Shown: positions 46,017-54,509 of the stretch, piece after piece
Position numbering within the stretch: position 1 is the stretch's first letter
Layout of the letters: each line of letters starts with the position of its first letter
The notes under the pieces: generated by a model
The model's database searches: none
What the model was told of the DNA's origin: nothing
The model's input: only the letters and a program-made list of their open reading frames with translations
Translations under genes and position numbers: made by a program
Virus record (IMG/VR): IMGVR_UViG_3300046524_000073
Length of the DNA stretch: 64,000 nt
Direction: 5' to 3' (one strand)
Origin: an uncultured virus (IMG/VR IMGVR_UViG_3300046524_000073)
Taxonomy: Duplodnaviria > Heunggongvirae > Uroviricota > Caudoviricetes

Positions 46017-46195
46017 GCCGCCTCCGGCACAGGAATTCCCATCCGCTTTGCCTCCTTAATAACCCATGGCAAACGCCAGCCAGTATTGACCTTGCGCGAA
46101 ATCTCGATTCGCTTTTCATCCTCCGTCAGGTAGCCATATCCTTTGCGGGGATAGTCGCCCGATTGGCGCAGGGCATCGTAGTAGCAATCTGTCAT
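46013..46195 (-). CDS. Hypothetical protein
   Basis: ATGA overlaps; GGAGG RBS. Confidence 0.65.
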   Translation of the reverse strand: MTDCYYDALRQSGDYPRKGYGYLTEDEKRIEISRKVNTGWRLPWVIKEAKRMGIPVPEAA

Positions 46196-46962
46196 GCTGC
46201 CTCCTTGTCATTCATTTGAGAGTAGGGTGAATGCTGCCGCAGCCACGCTTGGAATTTGTCCATTCCCAGAGGCTTTAAGTCGGTCCACGCTGGCGGCCAC
46301 ACCATCAGCCAATCCTGGAAGTCCGCATTCACTGTGCGCCCCGAAACTACTTGGCCGCCATGATTGAGGCTTAACCAGGCGAGGTAATCTTCGATCTGGC
46401 TGCGATGGTCGCCGCTCTTCGCGCGCTTCCAGCAGATTCCGTGCGTTCCGACGCTCGCCCTTGGCGTGGGCAAGTATCCAGACTCGTTCTCGACGCTGGG
46501 CGGCTCCAATGTGGTTACCTCCCAGCACTCCCCATCGCGCATCAAGCCCCATCGCGGCCAGGTCACCGAGGACTGTTCCGATGTATCCAGAAACAATGAG
46601 GCCTGTGACGTTCTCCAAGAGCACGAATCGCGGTCGAACATGGCGAATGACATCTGCCGTTGCGGGCCACATGTTTCGCTCGTCAGCTTCGCCGAGTTGC
46701 TTTCCTCCGAGTGAAAACGGCTGGCAGGGGAAACCTGCTGTAACCACGTCAGCAATTCCTCGGTATTGGTCGGCTGCACCGGACTGTGCGAACTGACGCA
46801 CGTCAGTGAAGATTGGAGCGGCAGGCAGGATGCCGTCTCGGATGCGCGCTGCGATGACTCGCTGGCAGTAGTCGTTCCATTCGACATATCCGACAGGTTT
46901 CCACCCAAGCAGATGGGTTCCAAGCAATCCACCTCCAGCCCCGGTAAAGAGTGAAAGCTCAT
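46192..46962 (-). CDS. Overlapping-frame beta polypeptide of the C5 methyltransferase (motif IX-like)
   Basis: 256-codon open frame; TWPRWGLM..G, LPTPRAS, VNADFQDWLMVWPPAWTD; ends EAA* with ATGA coupling. Confidence 0.7.
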   Translation of the reverse strand: MSFHSLPGLEVDCLEPICLGGNLSDMSNGTTTASESSQRASETASCLPLQSSLTCVSSHSPVQPTNTEELLTWLQQVSPASRFHSEESNSAKLTSETCGPQRQMSFAMFDRDSCSWRTSQASLFLDTSEQSSVTWPRWGLMRDGECWEVTTLEPPSVENESGYLPTPRASVGTHGICWKRAKSGDHRSQIEDYLAWLSLNHGGQVVSGRTVNADFQDWLMVWPPAWTDLKPLGMDKFQAWLRQHSPYSQMNDKEAA

Positions 46963-46966
46963 TCAA
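46208..46966 (-). CDS. C5-cytosine DNA methyltransferase, catalytic (alpha) polypeptide
   Basis: LFTGAGG (I), GFPCQPFS (IV), LENV (VI), QRRERVW (VIII), GNGQ (X); no motif IX seen. Confidence 0.9.
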   Translation of the reverse strand: MNELSLFTGAGGGLLGTHLLGWKPVGYVEWNDYCQRVIAARIRDGILPAAPIFTDVRQFAQSGAADQYRGIADVVTAGFPCQPFSLGGKQLGEADERNMWPATADVIRHVRPRFVLLENVTGLIVSGYIGTVLGDLAAMGLDARWGVLGGNHIGAAQRRERVWILAHAKGERRNARNLLEAREERRPSQPDRRLPRLVKPQSWRPSSFGAHSECGLPGLADGVAASVDRLKASGNGQIPSVAAAAFTLLSNE

Positions 46967-47568
46967 GCCGCCTCCCGTTTCATTTCAATCCGACGCTCCA
47001 ACCTGCGAGCCTTTTTGTTCATGACTTTCTTGATCCGCTGCAAGTACTCGACGGACCACTTAGCCGTCCACTGCATTGACTCGATTTCCTCGACGCGCTC
47101 TATCGTGATTCTCTGTACCAGTCCTTTCCGGTATTCAACCGTGTTCGATCCCAAGTCGCGGTTGCACCTCTTGCATTGCAGGTGGATGTTCGGCAGGTAG
47201 TAGCGCAAATGTGGCGCACTGCCTACTGATCGGTAGTGGCCGGCATCGACCGATCCTCCGAATCTCCAATCCGGGTTTGCTCCGCACGAGATGCACCCAT
47301 GCCCCGCCAGAATGTCCCGTAGCCTCGCCACTTTGTTGACGACTGCCTGCGCTTCAGCGATCCACTCCCGGCGCGTCTTGAGCTTGGCTTTCCGCTCTGC
47401 GAGAGATTTCCGCTCAACACGATTGGCTCGGGCGGCTTTCTGGGCGGCGACCTTGGCGGACCAATCGGCCGCACATTTGGGCCCGCATACCTTCTGCATT
47501 GAACGCTGCGGGGTGAAGACCGTTTTGCATGCCGCACAGCGTTTGGGATTCAAACTGGCTCGGATCAT
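46963..47568 (-). CDS. ninG: NinG/Rap-like recombination endonuclease
   Basis: CAAC..F.P....QKVC...C; CISCG...DAGHYRSVG.APHLR...NIH.QC..CN. Confidence 0.88.
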   Translation of the reverse strand: MIRASLNPKRCAACKTVFTPQRSMQKVCGPKCAADWSAKVAAQKAARANRVERKSLAERKAKLKTRREWIAEAQAVVNKVARLRDILAGHGCISCGANPDWRFGGSVDAGHYRSVGSAPHLRYYLPNIHLQCKRCNRDLGSNTVEYRKGLVQRITIERVEEIESMQWTAKWSVEYLQRIKKVMNKKARRLERRIEMKREAA

Positions 47569-47978
47569 TCGAAGCAAACTCCCAGCGCGTCTCCCGCATA
47601 GCTCTGCACGGCATCCAGGTACTCGCTGAATTCCCCCACGCTCATCTGCGTCGTCGACTTCCGGCGCGCGATGATCTCGCCATCGGGCAGCGTCAGTTCG
47701 TCCAGAATCCCGTACTTGCGCGCGAAGTACTCGTGCCAGGTGTCTTTGTCGTATTGCTTGCCATCCACCCAAGCCTGTTCGCTGACTTGTTTGAGAACGG
47801 CCCCGAAGTAGAAGCGGTTCTGAGCGGCATTCCGTTGCTTTTCCTCAGCCGTCACAATCAACCGCAACGGCTCACCCTTGTCGGCAAAGACGGGCGCGTT
47901 GGCCTTGATGAAGGCGACGACGGCATTCCAGACGCCGCCGTTCTTGAGTGTGAACTCACGGTATAGGGCGGCGGTCAT
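47565..47978 (-). CDS. ninB: NinB/Orf-like recombination protein
   Basis: RNAAQNR...WHEYF...STTQMSVGEFSEYL. Confidence 0.85.
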   Translation of the reverse strand: MTAALYREFTLKNGGVWNAVVAFIKANAPVFADKGEPLRLIVTAEEKQRNAAQNRFYFGAVLKQVSEQAWVDGKQYDKDTWHEYFARKYGILDELTLPDGEIIARRKSTTQMSVGEFSEYLDAVQSYAGDALGVCFE

Positions 47979-48505
47979 GCGGCCTCCGCATTGCTCTCAG
48001 CTATCTGCCGGGCGTCGGTCTCGCGCGCATCGTGCTCCGCCATCGCGTTGCTGTCAGCGATGGTGTAATGCCGAGGATCTTTCGCGGCGTGCAGCGCTTT
48101 CAGCCGGGCAACGTGTGGCGTGAGCGCCTCCAGCATCTCCAGATAGCCCCCAGCCACCATGCGATCGTCATTCAGCTTTCCAGCGGCCTCCGCGTCGACT
48201 AGGATGGCGAGGCAGGCGAGAGCATGGGCAAAGTGGGGCAGCCCGCTATCGGCGTCGTTGTCTTGTCCCTCGAACCACTTATCCAGATGGCGTTTGGCGG
48301 CGTCCACATAGATCGATGCGCGCACGCCAGCTACGCGCCAGTTAGAGCGCCCATACTTGAGCATGCCGTCGAGCAGGCCCAGCGAGCCAAGCGCTGAGGC
48401 TGTCGCGGGCCAGAGGTGGAGCGGCAACTTGCCCGAGCCGATAGCGTCCTTGGGGTTCGTATTTTTGAGTTGACTATCATCGACTTTTTGCCAGTGCTCT
48501 CTCAC
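47975..48505 (-). CDS. dATP/dGTP diphosphohydrolase-like protein (DUF5664)
   Basis: NPKDAIG..K.PLHL...G..KYG..NWR...RHL..W..G.D.D.DSGLPH.AHA. Confidence 0.8.
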   Translation of the reverse strand: MREHWQKVDDSQLKNTNPKDAIGSGKLPLHLWPATASALGSLGLLDGMLKYGRSNWRVAGVRASIYVDAAKRHLDKWFEGQDNDADSGLPHFAHALACLAILVDAEAAGKLNDDRMVAGGYLEMLEALTPHVARLKALHAAKDPRHYTIADSNAMAEHDARETDARQIAESNAEAA

Positions 48506-48696
48506 GCGACCTCCTTCTTGCCCAAATATTCCCGAGTAGCTTCCTGCTCCAACTCCTCGACGCGGTTGCTCAGTTCGGAGATCAGTTTGATTGCAACTCC
48601 GTCTTTGAACCCCTTTGCGCTGGCTTCCTCGATCTGCTGCGAGAGTTGTCGCACGCGTACTACAAGCTCGGATGCAGTGGTCGATGTGTAGGTCAT
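48502..48696 (-). CDS. Hypothetical protein
   Basis: Coupled overlaps. Confidence 0.65.
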   Translation of the reverse strand: MTYTSTTASELVVRVRQLSQQIEEASAKGFKDGVAIKLISELSNRVEELEQEATREYLGKKEVA

Positions 48697-49025
48697 GCGG
48701 CCTCCATCTGAACGAGGTCTGCTGCGTTGTAGACTGCAAGGCCAAGCTTTTGGGCGGTCAGATGTTCGATCTGCGCACCAAAGGACTTCTCCCAGCCAGG
48801 AAGCAGCGCGATCGCGTCACACTTTTCGACGTGTCGAAGATCGGCGATGATGCAGTCGATCCAGCGGGCTTCGGGATCGCCATTGATATCCACTGGGTTC
48901 ACAACGTCCCATCCGAGTCCGCGGAGTTGTGCGGCTACGCGATTGAACAGTGGGAAATTCAAATCCGGCATCCCGCTCATCGCGCCCGACAGGTAGATCC
49001 GGCTAGGCTTATTCAGCATCGTCAT
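48693..49025 (-). CDS. DUF4406 (nucleoside deoxyribosyltransferase-like) protein
   Basis: IYLSGAMSG..DLNFP.F...VNP...CDAI.LLPGWEKS.GA..E. Confidence 0.85.
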   Translation of the reverse strand: MTMLNKPSRIYLSGAMSGMPDLNFPLFNRVAAQLRGLGWDVVNPVDINGDPEARWIDCIIADLRHVEKCDAIALLPGWEKSFGAQIEHLTAQKLGLAVYNAADLVQMEAA

Positions 49026-49197
49026 GTTTAACCTCTTCCTTCTCCGTGGTGTGGGCGAGAGCACGACGCTGTGCGTCCTGCAGGATGCGAGCGAACTTAT
49101 CGACTGAGCAGAACACGCCGTTCGCGGACATGATGTCGATCATTTCGCGGTGGCTGAGTCCGATGACTAATTGGTTGGGGGCGGGTAGGGTGGTCAT
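49009..49197 (-). CDS. Hypothetical protein
   Basis: Coupled overlap; RBS. Confidence 0.6.
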   Translation of the reverse strand: MTTLPAPNQLVIGLSHREMIDIMSANGVFCSVDKFARILQDAQRRALAHTTEKEEVKHDDAE

Positions 49198-49508
49198 GCC
49201 GTCACCTCCAGATCGTCAGTTACTTTGTCGTTGAGAGAGATGCCGCTTACGGGCCGTAGGTGGACGTCCGCCGTTGGAGTCTCGTATGCGTGGTACAACA
49301 CTCCGTAGCTGGTCCTCCACGGGAGCGGCGTGTCGCTTCTAACTCTCCAAGAAGGTCGAGTTCCTTGAAACACAAGTGTTACGCCTTCGATGGTGTCGAA
49401 GACCTCGCTATTTACGGCAGGTCGACAGATTTCAACGATCCGGCCGATACCTTCTGGCGTGCAGTTCGCAGCTACGACAATCGCCAAATCACCCGGTTTG
49501 CAGTTCAT
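49194..49508 (-). CDS. Hypothetical phage protein
   Basis: MNCKPGDLAIVV...D..LRP. Confidence 0.75.
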   Translation of the reverse strand: MNCKPGDLAIVVAANCTPEGIGRIVEICRPAVNSEVFDTIEGVTLVFQGTRPSWRVRSDTPLPWRTSYGVLYHAYETPTADVHLRPVSGISLNDKVTDDLEVTA

Positions 49509-49687
49509 TTTTCTACCTCCCGATACCTGTCGTACGGCATAATTTCCAACCCAAAGCTCCCGATCCACCGTCCGTCTTCCCACTTCAGAACCTCCGGCTC
49601 TGTCAGCGGCTCGCCGTCAGGGAACAGGCACTGGACTTCGTATAGCCCGTCGCGCTCTGGCGGCGTTGCGCAGGTTTTCCAGGTCAT
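49505..49687 (-). CDS. Hypothetical protein
   Basis: W....TPPERDGLYEV; coupled overlaps. Confidence 0.65.
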   Translation of the reverse strand: MTWKTCATPPERDGLYEVQCLFPDGEPLTEPEVLKWEDGRWIGSFGLEIMPYDRYREVEK

Positions 49688-50172
49688 GCGGCCTCCAATT
49701 CGGGCTCATCCCACAGATGCCGGTAGACGCGCCCGGAACCTCCGGGAGGGGCTTTGATCGTTCCTGCTGCAGCACCGAATGGGCTGGCGCGAAGAACTTG
49801 CTCAGCCAGCCTGTCGCAACTCGACCAGACCTTCGTCGCGCCCCGTCCATCGCGCCGCTCTTTTAGATAGACCTTTCCCGCAATGCGCAACCTCTGCAAA
49901 ACTTCGCTCGCGGTGCATTCGGCAATGCCCAGCGCCTTAGCAATGTCCGCACGGCACATATCGCGTTTGTCCAGAAGCTTCATCGCGCGCTGCTGCGCGA
50001 CCGGTGGTCGGCCAGGGTATTCATGCGCTTTGCCGTATCCGCGTTTGTAGGCCTGTTTGCGCAGCGACTCGACGGTTCGCCCCGGAAACTCGGGCAGATG
50101 CTTGGCAAATACTCCAGGCTGATTGCAAACCTCTTTGAGCCGCGCCAGTTCTTTGTTGGTCCAGTACTTCAT
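49684..50172 (-). CDS. DNA-binding protein (Myb-like N-terminus plus wHTH)
   Basis: WTNKE...L...PGRT..S; RADIAKALGI. Confidence 0.7.
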   Translation of the reverse strand: MKYWTNKELARLKEVCNQPGVFAKHLPEFPGRTVESLRKQAYKRGYGKAHEYPGRPPVAQQRAMKLLDKRDMCRADIAKALGIAECTASEVLQRLRIAGKVYLKERRDGRGATKVWSSCDRLAEQVLRASPFGAAAGTIKAPPGGSGRVYRHLWDEPELEAA

Positions 50173-50645
50173 GCTGCCTCCCGATGCTTCCAGTACTCGC
50201 GCTCGACAATCTTCGTAGCGGCATCGACTTCGCCAATCGTCGCCATGCGGAGCTGTTGTCCCCACAGTGCGATCGCTTCTTCGACGGCTGCCTGGTCAGT
50301 TTCCGAAGCGAATTGCAGCTTGCCGGTTGACTCGTAGCCGGGGATCATGCGGCGCATCGCTTCGTGTGCCGCGTTGAATGTGTCGAGCGCTTCGGCCCCG
50401 AGCCCCCCCTTTGCGAAAAGCCACGCCTGATTCAAGCAGTTAGCGAGTGTGTCCCACTGGCTTTTCTGGCCGTAGCCGCGCGTCACAGCATCGAGCGACG
50501 TCAGCGCCGCCATTTCGAATTCGCCCGCAAACACCTCATTGACGTCTTGGCGCAGCACCTTGAAACGCTCGAGCGCGATCATGCAGGAGTTCGGGTTGAC
50601 CATGCGCGGGCGGTAGGCCTTGCGCGGTTTTTGACTGCGGCTCAT
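50169..50645 (-). CDS. Hypothetical phage protein
   Basis: GGAGG RBS, MSRSQKPRKAYRPR; currently in frame with the upstream wHTH ORF. Confidence 0.7.
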   Translation of the reverse strand: MSRSQKPRKAYRPRMVNPNSCMIALERFKVLRQDVNEVFAGEFEMAALTSLDAVTRGYGQKSQWDTLANCLNQAWLFAKGGLGAEALDTFNAAHEAMRRMIPGYESTGKLQFASETDQAAVEEAIALWGQQLRMATIGEVDAATKIVEREYWKHREAA

Positions 50646-50954
50646 GCGGCCTCCAGCATCGGTTGTTTGGTGAGACGTTGTCGGGCTGCCTCTTGCATGC
50701 CGCGCAGCGTTTCCATTGCGCGAAAGATTGGGGGGGGTGCCGCCGTCTTCAGGGTTAGCCAGACGCCAGAGCGAATCAGAGCGGGATTTGCCCTGCTCGG
50801 CCAGAACCACCTGGTATCGTCCAAGCATCAAAAGCAGGGTCTGGCCGATACTCGTGTCAGTGACGTCGAGTTCTCCGGCGATCTGCCAGCCGTAAGCCCC
50901 GTTCGGACTTGCGCGAAGTATTTCGAGAACGAGTGGAATTTTTGGTGCAGTCAT
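50642..50954 (-). pseudogene. wHTH gene frameshifted at a C8 tract
   Basis: 313 nt (3n+1); removing one C from 50730-50737 gives ...GGTPPIFRAMETL...MLEAA* ending at the ATGA junction. Confidence 0.7.
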
Positions 50955-50958
50955 CGAT

Positions 50959-51243
50959 TTAATCCCCCATCAAGATCGCGATAGCCTGTTCCGCCGATTC
51001 CACGACGTGAGCCTCGCCTTTCCATGTTCCAAACCAGATCGCCTCGTCGTCAGTCAACTTCCGTGCGCTTGGTGGTTTGGTGCCGTCCTTCAACTCGAAC
51101 AGATAATTCTTTGCGCGCCAGCCAACGACCAGATCCACAAACCCATTTCCGATTTGGTGTGTCGGAGTGACGCTCGCTCCAATCTTGCGAAGCGCTGCGA
51201 CGATCTCGGCTTGATTGGCGTCTACCTTTGCCGCGCGCCTCAT
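50959..51243 (-). CDS. PD-(D/E)xK nuclease (VRR-NUC/resolvase-like)
   Basis: VDANQ.EIV..LR...G.VDL.VG...ELK...LT.DE. Confidence 0.8.
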   Translation of the reverse strand: MRRAAKVDANQAEIVAALRKIGASVTPTHQIGNGFVDLVVGWRAKNYLFELKDGTKPPSARKLTDDEAIWFGTWKGEAHVVESAEQAIAILMGD

Positions 51244-51497
51244 GCGTCCACCGTTTCCTCAAGCTCGCCCACGTAAGGGTGAGCAATTCCGTGCGTTGAG
51301 CAGAAGACAGCCAGTCCGCGTCCGTTGTCCTCTTCGTAACCGGCGCGGTGAGCTGCTGCCAGCGACGACAGGTAGTGTGTGAACTCTGCCGGCGACTCCC
51401 GCAGCGCAGTCTTGACGTAATCCTTCATGCGTTGGCCCCACGTGTAGTACCAGGACAAATATTTGAGGTCTTCGAGCATCTTTGGAGTGATCTTCAT
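51240..51497 (-). CDS. Hypothetical protein
   Basis: GGAGG RBS; ATGA overlap. Confidence 0.65.
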   Translation of the reverse strand: MKITPKMLEDLKYLSWYYTWGQRMKDYVKTALRESPAEFTHYLSSLAAAHRAGYEEDNGRGLAVFCSTHGIAHPYVGELEETVDA

Positions 51498-51498
51498 T

Positions 51499-52458
51499 TC
51501 AGAAATCCTCCAGGCTGACGGCGGCTCCGTCGACCGGATACTTGCGCGGGAGTTGTCCGCGGTGTTCGACGTACTGCATGGATGCGACGTCAAACCAGAA
51601 CCCAAACACGCCTTCGTAGTCGCCGTTGCGTTGCTTCTCGATCGAGAGGTAGCAATCCGGCTCGCCCATCACCAGATCCGCTTCGTCGCGCTTGAGCTTC
51701 AACTTTTCACTGCCGACTGCCTCTTTGCGCTTGTTGCGCCACACGATGAAAAGGTTGTCGGCCAGATCGGTGATTGATCCGCTACCCTTGATATCGAACT
51801 TTCCCGGGCGCTCGTATTCGCTGCCGCCCTTCTTCACGTGTGCGATCAGGTGAACGTGTGCACCAGTGTCTTGAGCGATAGCCGTAAGCGCGTTGACGAA
51901 ATCCTTCTGGCCGTTGTAATCGTCATCGCCGGGGACGCACTTCATCAGGTTGTCGATGACGAAGTGCTGGATGCCAAAGGTCTCGACCGCGTAACGAACG
52001 ACGGCGAGCATCTTGGCCGGCTTGACGCTGCCGGTATGGTCGTATAGCCACAGGCGCTCGTCGGTCCAGCTATGCATGCTGCGGATGAACTCCGCATCGG
52101 GCCTTGCATCGCCAGCCGCCTGGCGGACCATGCGCAGCATCGTCTTTTCCGGCTTCATTTCGAGCGAGGCGATGCACACACGCTGGTTCTGCAGGCAGAG
52201 GTCTAACGCCACCTGGCTCGTCAGCATCGACTTGCCGTGGCCGTTAATTCCGCCCCAGATCGTCAGCTCGCCAGTGCGGAAAGCGAACCGGCCTTCGCAT
52301 TTCTCCCAGCCCAGTTCAACCAGCGGGGCAGTGGTACGGGCGTACAGTGCGTCGACCACACCTTGCGCCCACTCGCTGGCAGGGCGAATCTTATGAACGT
52401 CTTCCGGCTCCGACATGTAGTCGGACAGGTTGATGGTTGCGCCGTCGATCACTTGCAT
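51499..52458 (-). CDS. DnaB/T7 gp4-like replicative helicase (SF4)
   Basis: GINGHGKS, SLEM, VIDNL, AH, IKGSGSI...ADN, KQRNG. Confidence 0.9.
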   Translation of the reverse strand: MQVIDGATINLSDYMSEPEDVHKIRPASEWAQGVVDALYARTTAPLVELGWEKCEGRFAFRTGELTIWGGINGHGKSMLTSQVALDLCLQNQRVCIASLEMKPEKTMLRMVRQAAGDARPDAEFIRSMHSWTDERLWLYDHTGSVKPAKMLAVVRYAVETFGIQHFVIDNLMKCVPGDDDYNGQKDFVNALTAIAQDTGAHVHLIAHVKKGGSEYERPGKFDIKGSGSITDLADNLFIVWRNKRKEAVGSEKLKLKRDEADLVMGEPDCYLSIEKQRNGDYEGVFGFWFDVASMQYVEHRGQLPRKYPVDGAAVSLEDF

Positions 52459-52869
52459 TCAAAACCCCATTCTCAAAAACTCGCGGGTCTGCCATGAAAA
52501 CCACGGCAGCAACTCAATCCCCATTGTTTTGTTCGTCAACTTCCGGTGTGCATCGGCGTACTTTTCGGGAAAATCGAAGTACACCTGCGCGCCCGTTTTC
52601 AAATCCACATCCCACAGCGAAAGAGTTTTCGGTCGTTCGTTGCGGATAGCTTTGAGCTGCTGTGCTACCGCCTGGCCTTGTCGTGCAAAAGCGATCAGGT
52701 CAAGCCCAACAACCCAGCGCCAGTCGTATTCGTGATCCGGCTTTGCGTACACCGTGGCTCCGTTGTCTTCGTTCTCAATGCGGCCGATGAACGAGACCAG
52801 AACCCATTGCGCCGGCTGTTTGCCGTGTTTGCGCATCTCGACGATCTGACTGGCGTTTGCAGCAATCAC
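52459..52869 (-). CDS. Hypothetical replication-associated protein
   Basis: MR..G..P...DWRWVVGL; GTGA overlap. Confidence 0.7.
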   Translation of the reverse strand: MIAANASQIVEMRKHGKQPAQWVLVSFIGRIENEDNGATVYAKPDHEYDWRWVVGLDLIAFARQGQAVAQQLKAIRNERPKTLSLWDVDLKTGAQVYFDFPEKYADAHRKLTNKTMGIELLPWFSWQTREFLRMGF

Positions 52870-53744
52870 AGGTATTTCTCCGTAGGCAACGTCGAGCTAG
52901 CAGGTGATGCCGTTCCGATCTGCCCGATGTACCCGGCAAACTTCGTCGCGTTAAACAGCGTCTCTGGCCGGAGGTACTGATTCATCTTCGGGTCCTCCAG
53001 CCATTCCCGTGTTTTGGCATCGATCACCGCTATACAGTCTTCAGGCGTTGCGCCTTCCTTCAAGCGCGCCCGGATCAACTTCAGGCTTGAGTCGACAGGC
53101 TGATACGCACGACCGGCCATTTCGTTCAAATGCTCCAGAACCTGTTTTGCAATGTCGGGCTCGCCCGACGAATGCTTTCCTTCCTGTTCCTGTTCCTGTT
53201 CCTGTTCCTGTTCCTGTTCCTGATTAGGACATGTCTTGCTGATAGCCTTTCCCGAAGCCTTTCGGTTAGGGTTACTAAAAGCCTTGTCGAAAGCCTTACC
53301 GAAACCCTCTCCGAGCGCCCATACACTGGATTTCAGGGAATCGAAAGCCTCTCGCTTCAGGTCGCATTCGGGGATCAAGTCCCACTCAGATCCCCATGAA
53401 GTGACCACGTTGGGAGATTCCGGTTTGTTGCACTTCAAGGCATTCGGTACCCATACGACCTTGGCTTTCCAGTCGGCTTTCACCATGTCTTGCTCTAAGG
53501 CTTCGGCGAAGGCTTTGTCGAAGTCTTCCAAAGACCAATCGAGTTCTTCCGCCATCGCGGCACGCCCGCTGCGAAACAAGCCGGGGATAGGGCCGGTATG
53601 AGGGCCGGTGAGAAGAAAAAGCCACAGACCTTGCCCACACGGCGGAATCGGCGTTAGCTTTTTAAACTTCTCGTCGCCCCAGATCCGAACCTCGATCTTC
53701 CGATAGCGAGATTTCTTCTCGGGCTTTCCGGCTTGCTCAGTCAC
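52866..53744 (-). CDS. Replication initiator (lambda O-like)
   Basis: RYRK...W.D; (QE)7 linker; YLRPETLF...KF.GY C-terminal domain; internal iteron-like repeats. Confidence 0.85.
   Translation of the reverse strand: MTEQAGKPEKKSRYRKIEVRIWGDEKFKKLTPIPPCGQGLWLFLLTGPHTGPIPGLFRSGRAAMAEELDWSLEDFDKAFAEALEQDMVKADWKAKVVWVPNALKCNKPESPNVVTSWGSEWDLIPECDLKREAFDSLKSSVWALGEGFGKAFDKAFSNPNRKASGKAISKTCPNQEQEQEQEQEQEQEGKHSSGEPDIAKQVLEHLNEMAGRAYQPVDSSLKLIRARLKEGATPEDCIAVIDAKTREWLEDPKMNQYLRPETLFNATKFAGYIGQIGTASPASSTLPTEKYL
53181..53222. repeat. (TTCCTG)7 hexamer tandem repeat encoding (QE)7
   Basis: Seven exact copies. Confidence 0.95.
53242..53527. promoter_or_regulatory. Putative iterons/replication origin
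   Basis: AGCCTT on a 12-bp lattice at 53244, 53256, 53280, 53292 (degenerate at 53268, 53304); inverted AAGGCT at 53497, 53509. Confidence 0.6.
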
Positions 53745-53927
53745 TCACTTCCCCTTTCCAACAAAAGCCGTAGCCGTCAAATCGCGCATATATTCGGCGA
53801 TGGCGGCCTTCAATTCCTTGCCCAACTGCATCCGCACCTCGATCGCCGATGCGACGGTGATGCGGGCTATGAGTTCGTTGATGCCGAACAACGACAGATC
53901 AAGCGCTCGAGAATCGGATGCGTTCAT
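53745..53927 (-). CDS. Small hypothetical protein
   Basis: Abuts the initiator start. Confidence 0.55.
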   Translation of the reverse strand: MNASDSRALDLSLFGINELIARITVASAIEVRMQLGKELKAAIAEYMRDLTATAFVGKGK

Positions 53928-54012
53928 TGCGTTCTCACGATCAGTTCGCAGGAGGCCCATACGATCAGACAGCACAGGCAGAAAAGGGACGTAAAGAAGA
54001 TCAGAGCTCGCA

Positions 54013-54357
54013 TTAAGCCGCCCTCTGCGCAATCACTTCTTCCAGGATCGTCAGATTTGACTGACGAGCGAGCCATTGCTGAACGCCCCAGTTACCGACT
54101 GCCGCCGCCCACGCATTCAGCTTTTCAGCCGAGAGATTGCGTCGCGTCGGTTTGTCGTCTTGAGCGAGGTAATCCGAGATGTGCGACGGATAACACTCGA
54201 TACGTTCAGCAAGAGTCCGCAATGTCATTGCCTTGATCCTTCGATTCGTCCAGGACAAGCGCACGACTTCCCGGAAGGTTTTGCAGGCCAATACGTCGTC
54301 TGCGGGAAGAAAGGCGGGTGCGTGCACAACGCCACCAAACAGTCTCAGCTCGTCCAT
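54013..54357 (-). CDS. CII-position transcriptional regulator
   Basis: TLAERI.CYPSHISDYL HTH; GN....QW; GGAGG RBS. Confidence 0.65.
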   Translation of the reverse strand: MDELRLFGGVVHAPAFLPADDVLACKTFREVVRLSWTNRRIKAMTLRTLAERIECYPSHISDYLAQDDKPTRRNLSAEKLNAWAAAVGNWGVQQWLARQSNLTILEEVIAQRAA

Positions 54358-54509
54358 AAAACCTCCCTGATAGTTAGAAAACATTGAATAACCGGTTGCG
54401 CCCCCAGTTGATCTGGAGCTAATTTAAAGGCGTCACGAAGACGCCTGAAAAAACGAAACCCCCTACCTACCTTTTCTTTTCCGGTACTGCCTTGAGTACT
54501 CCTGAGCTG

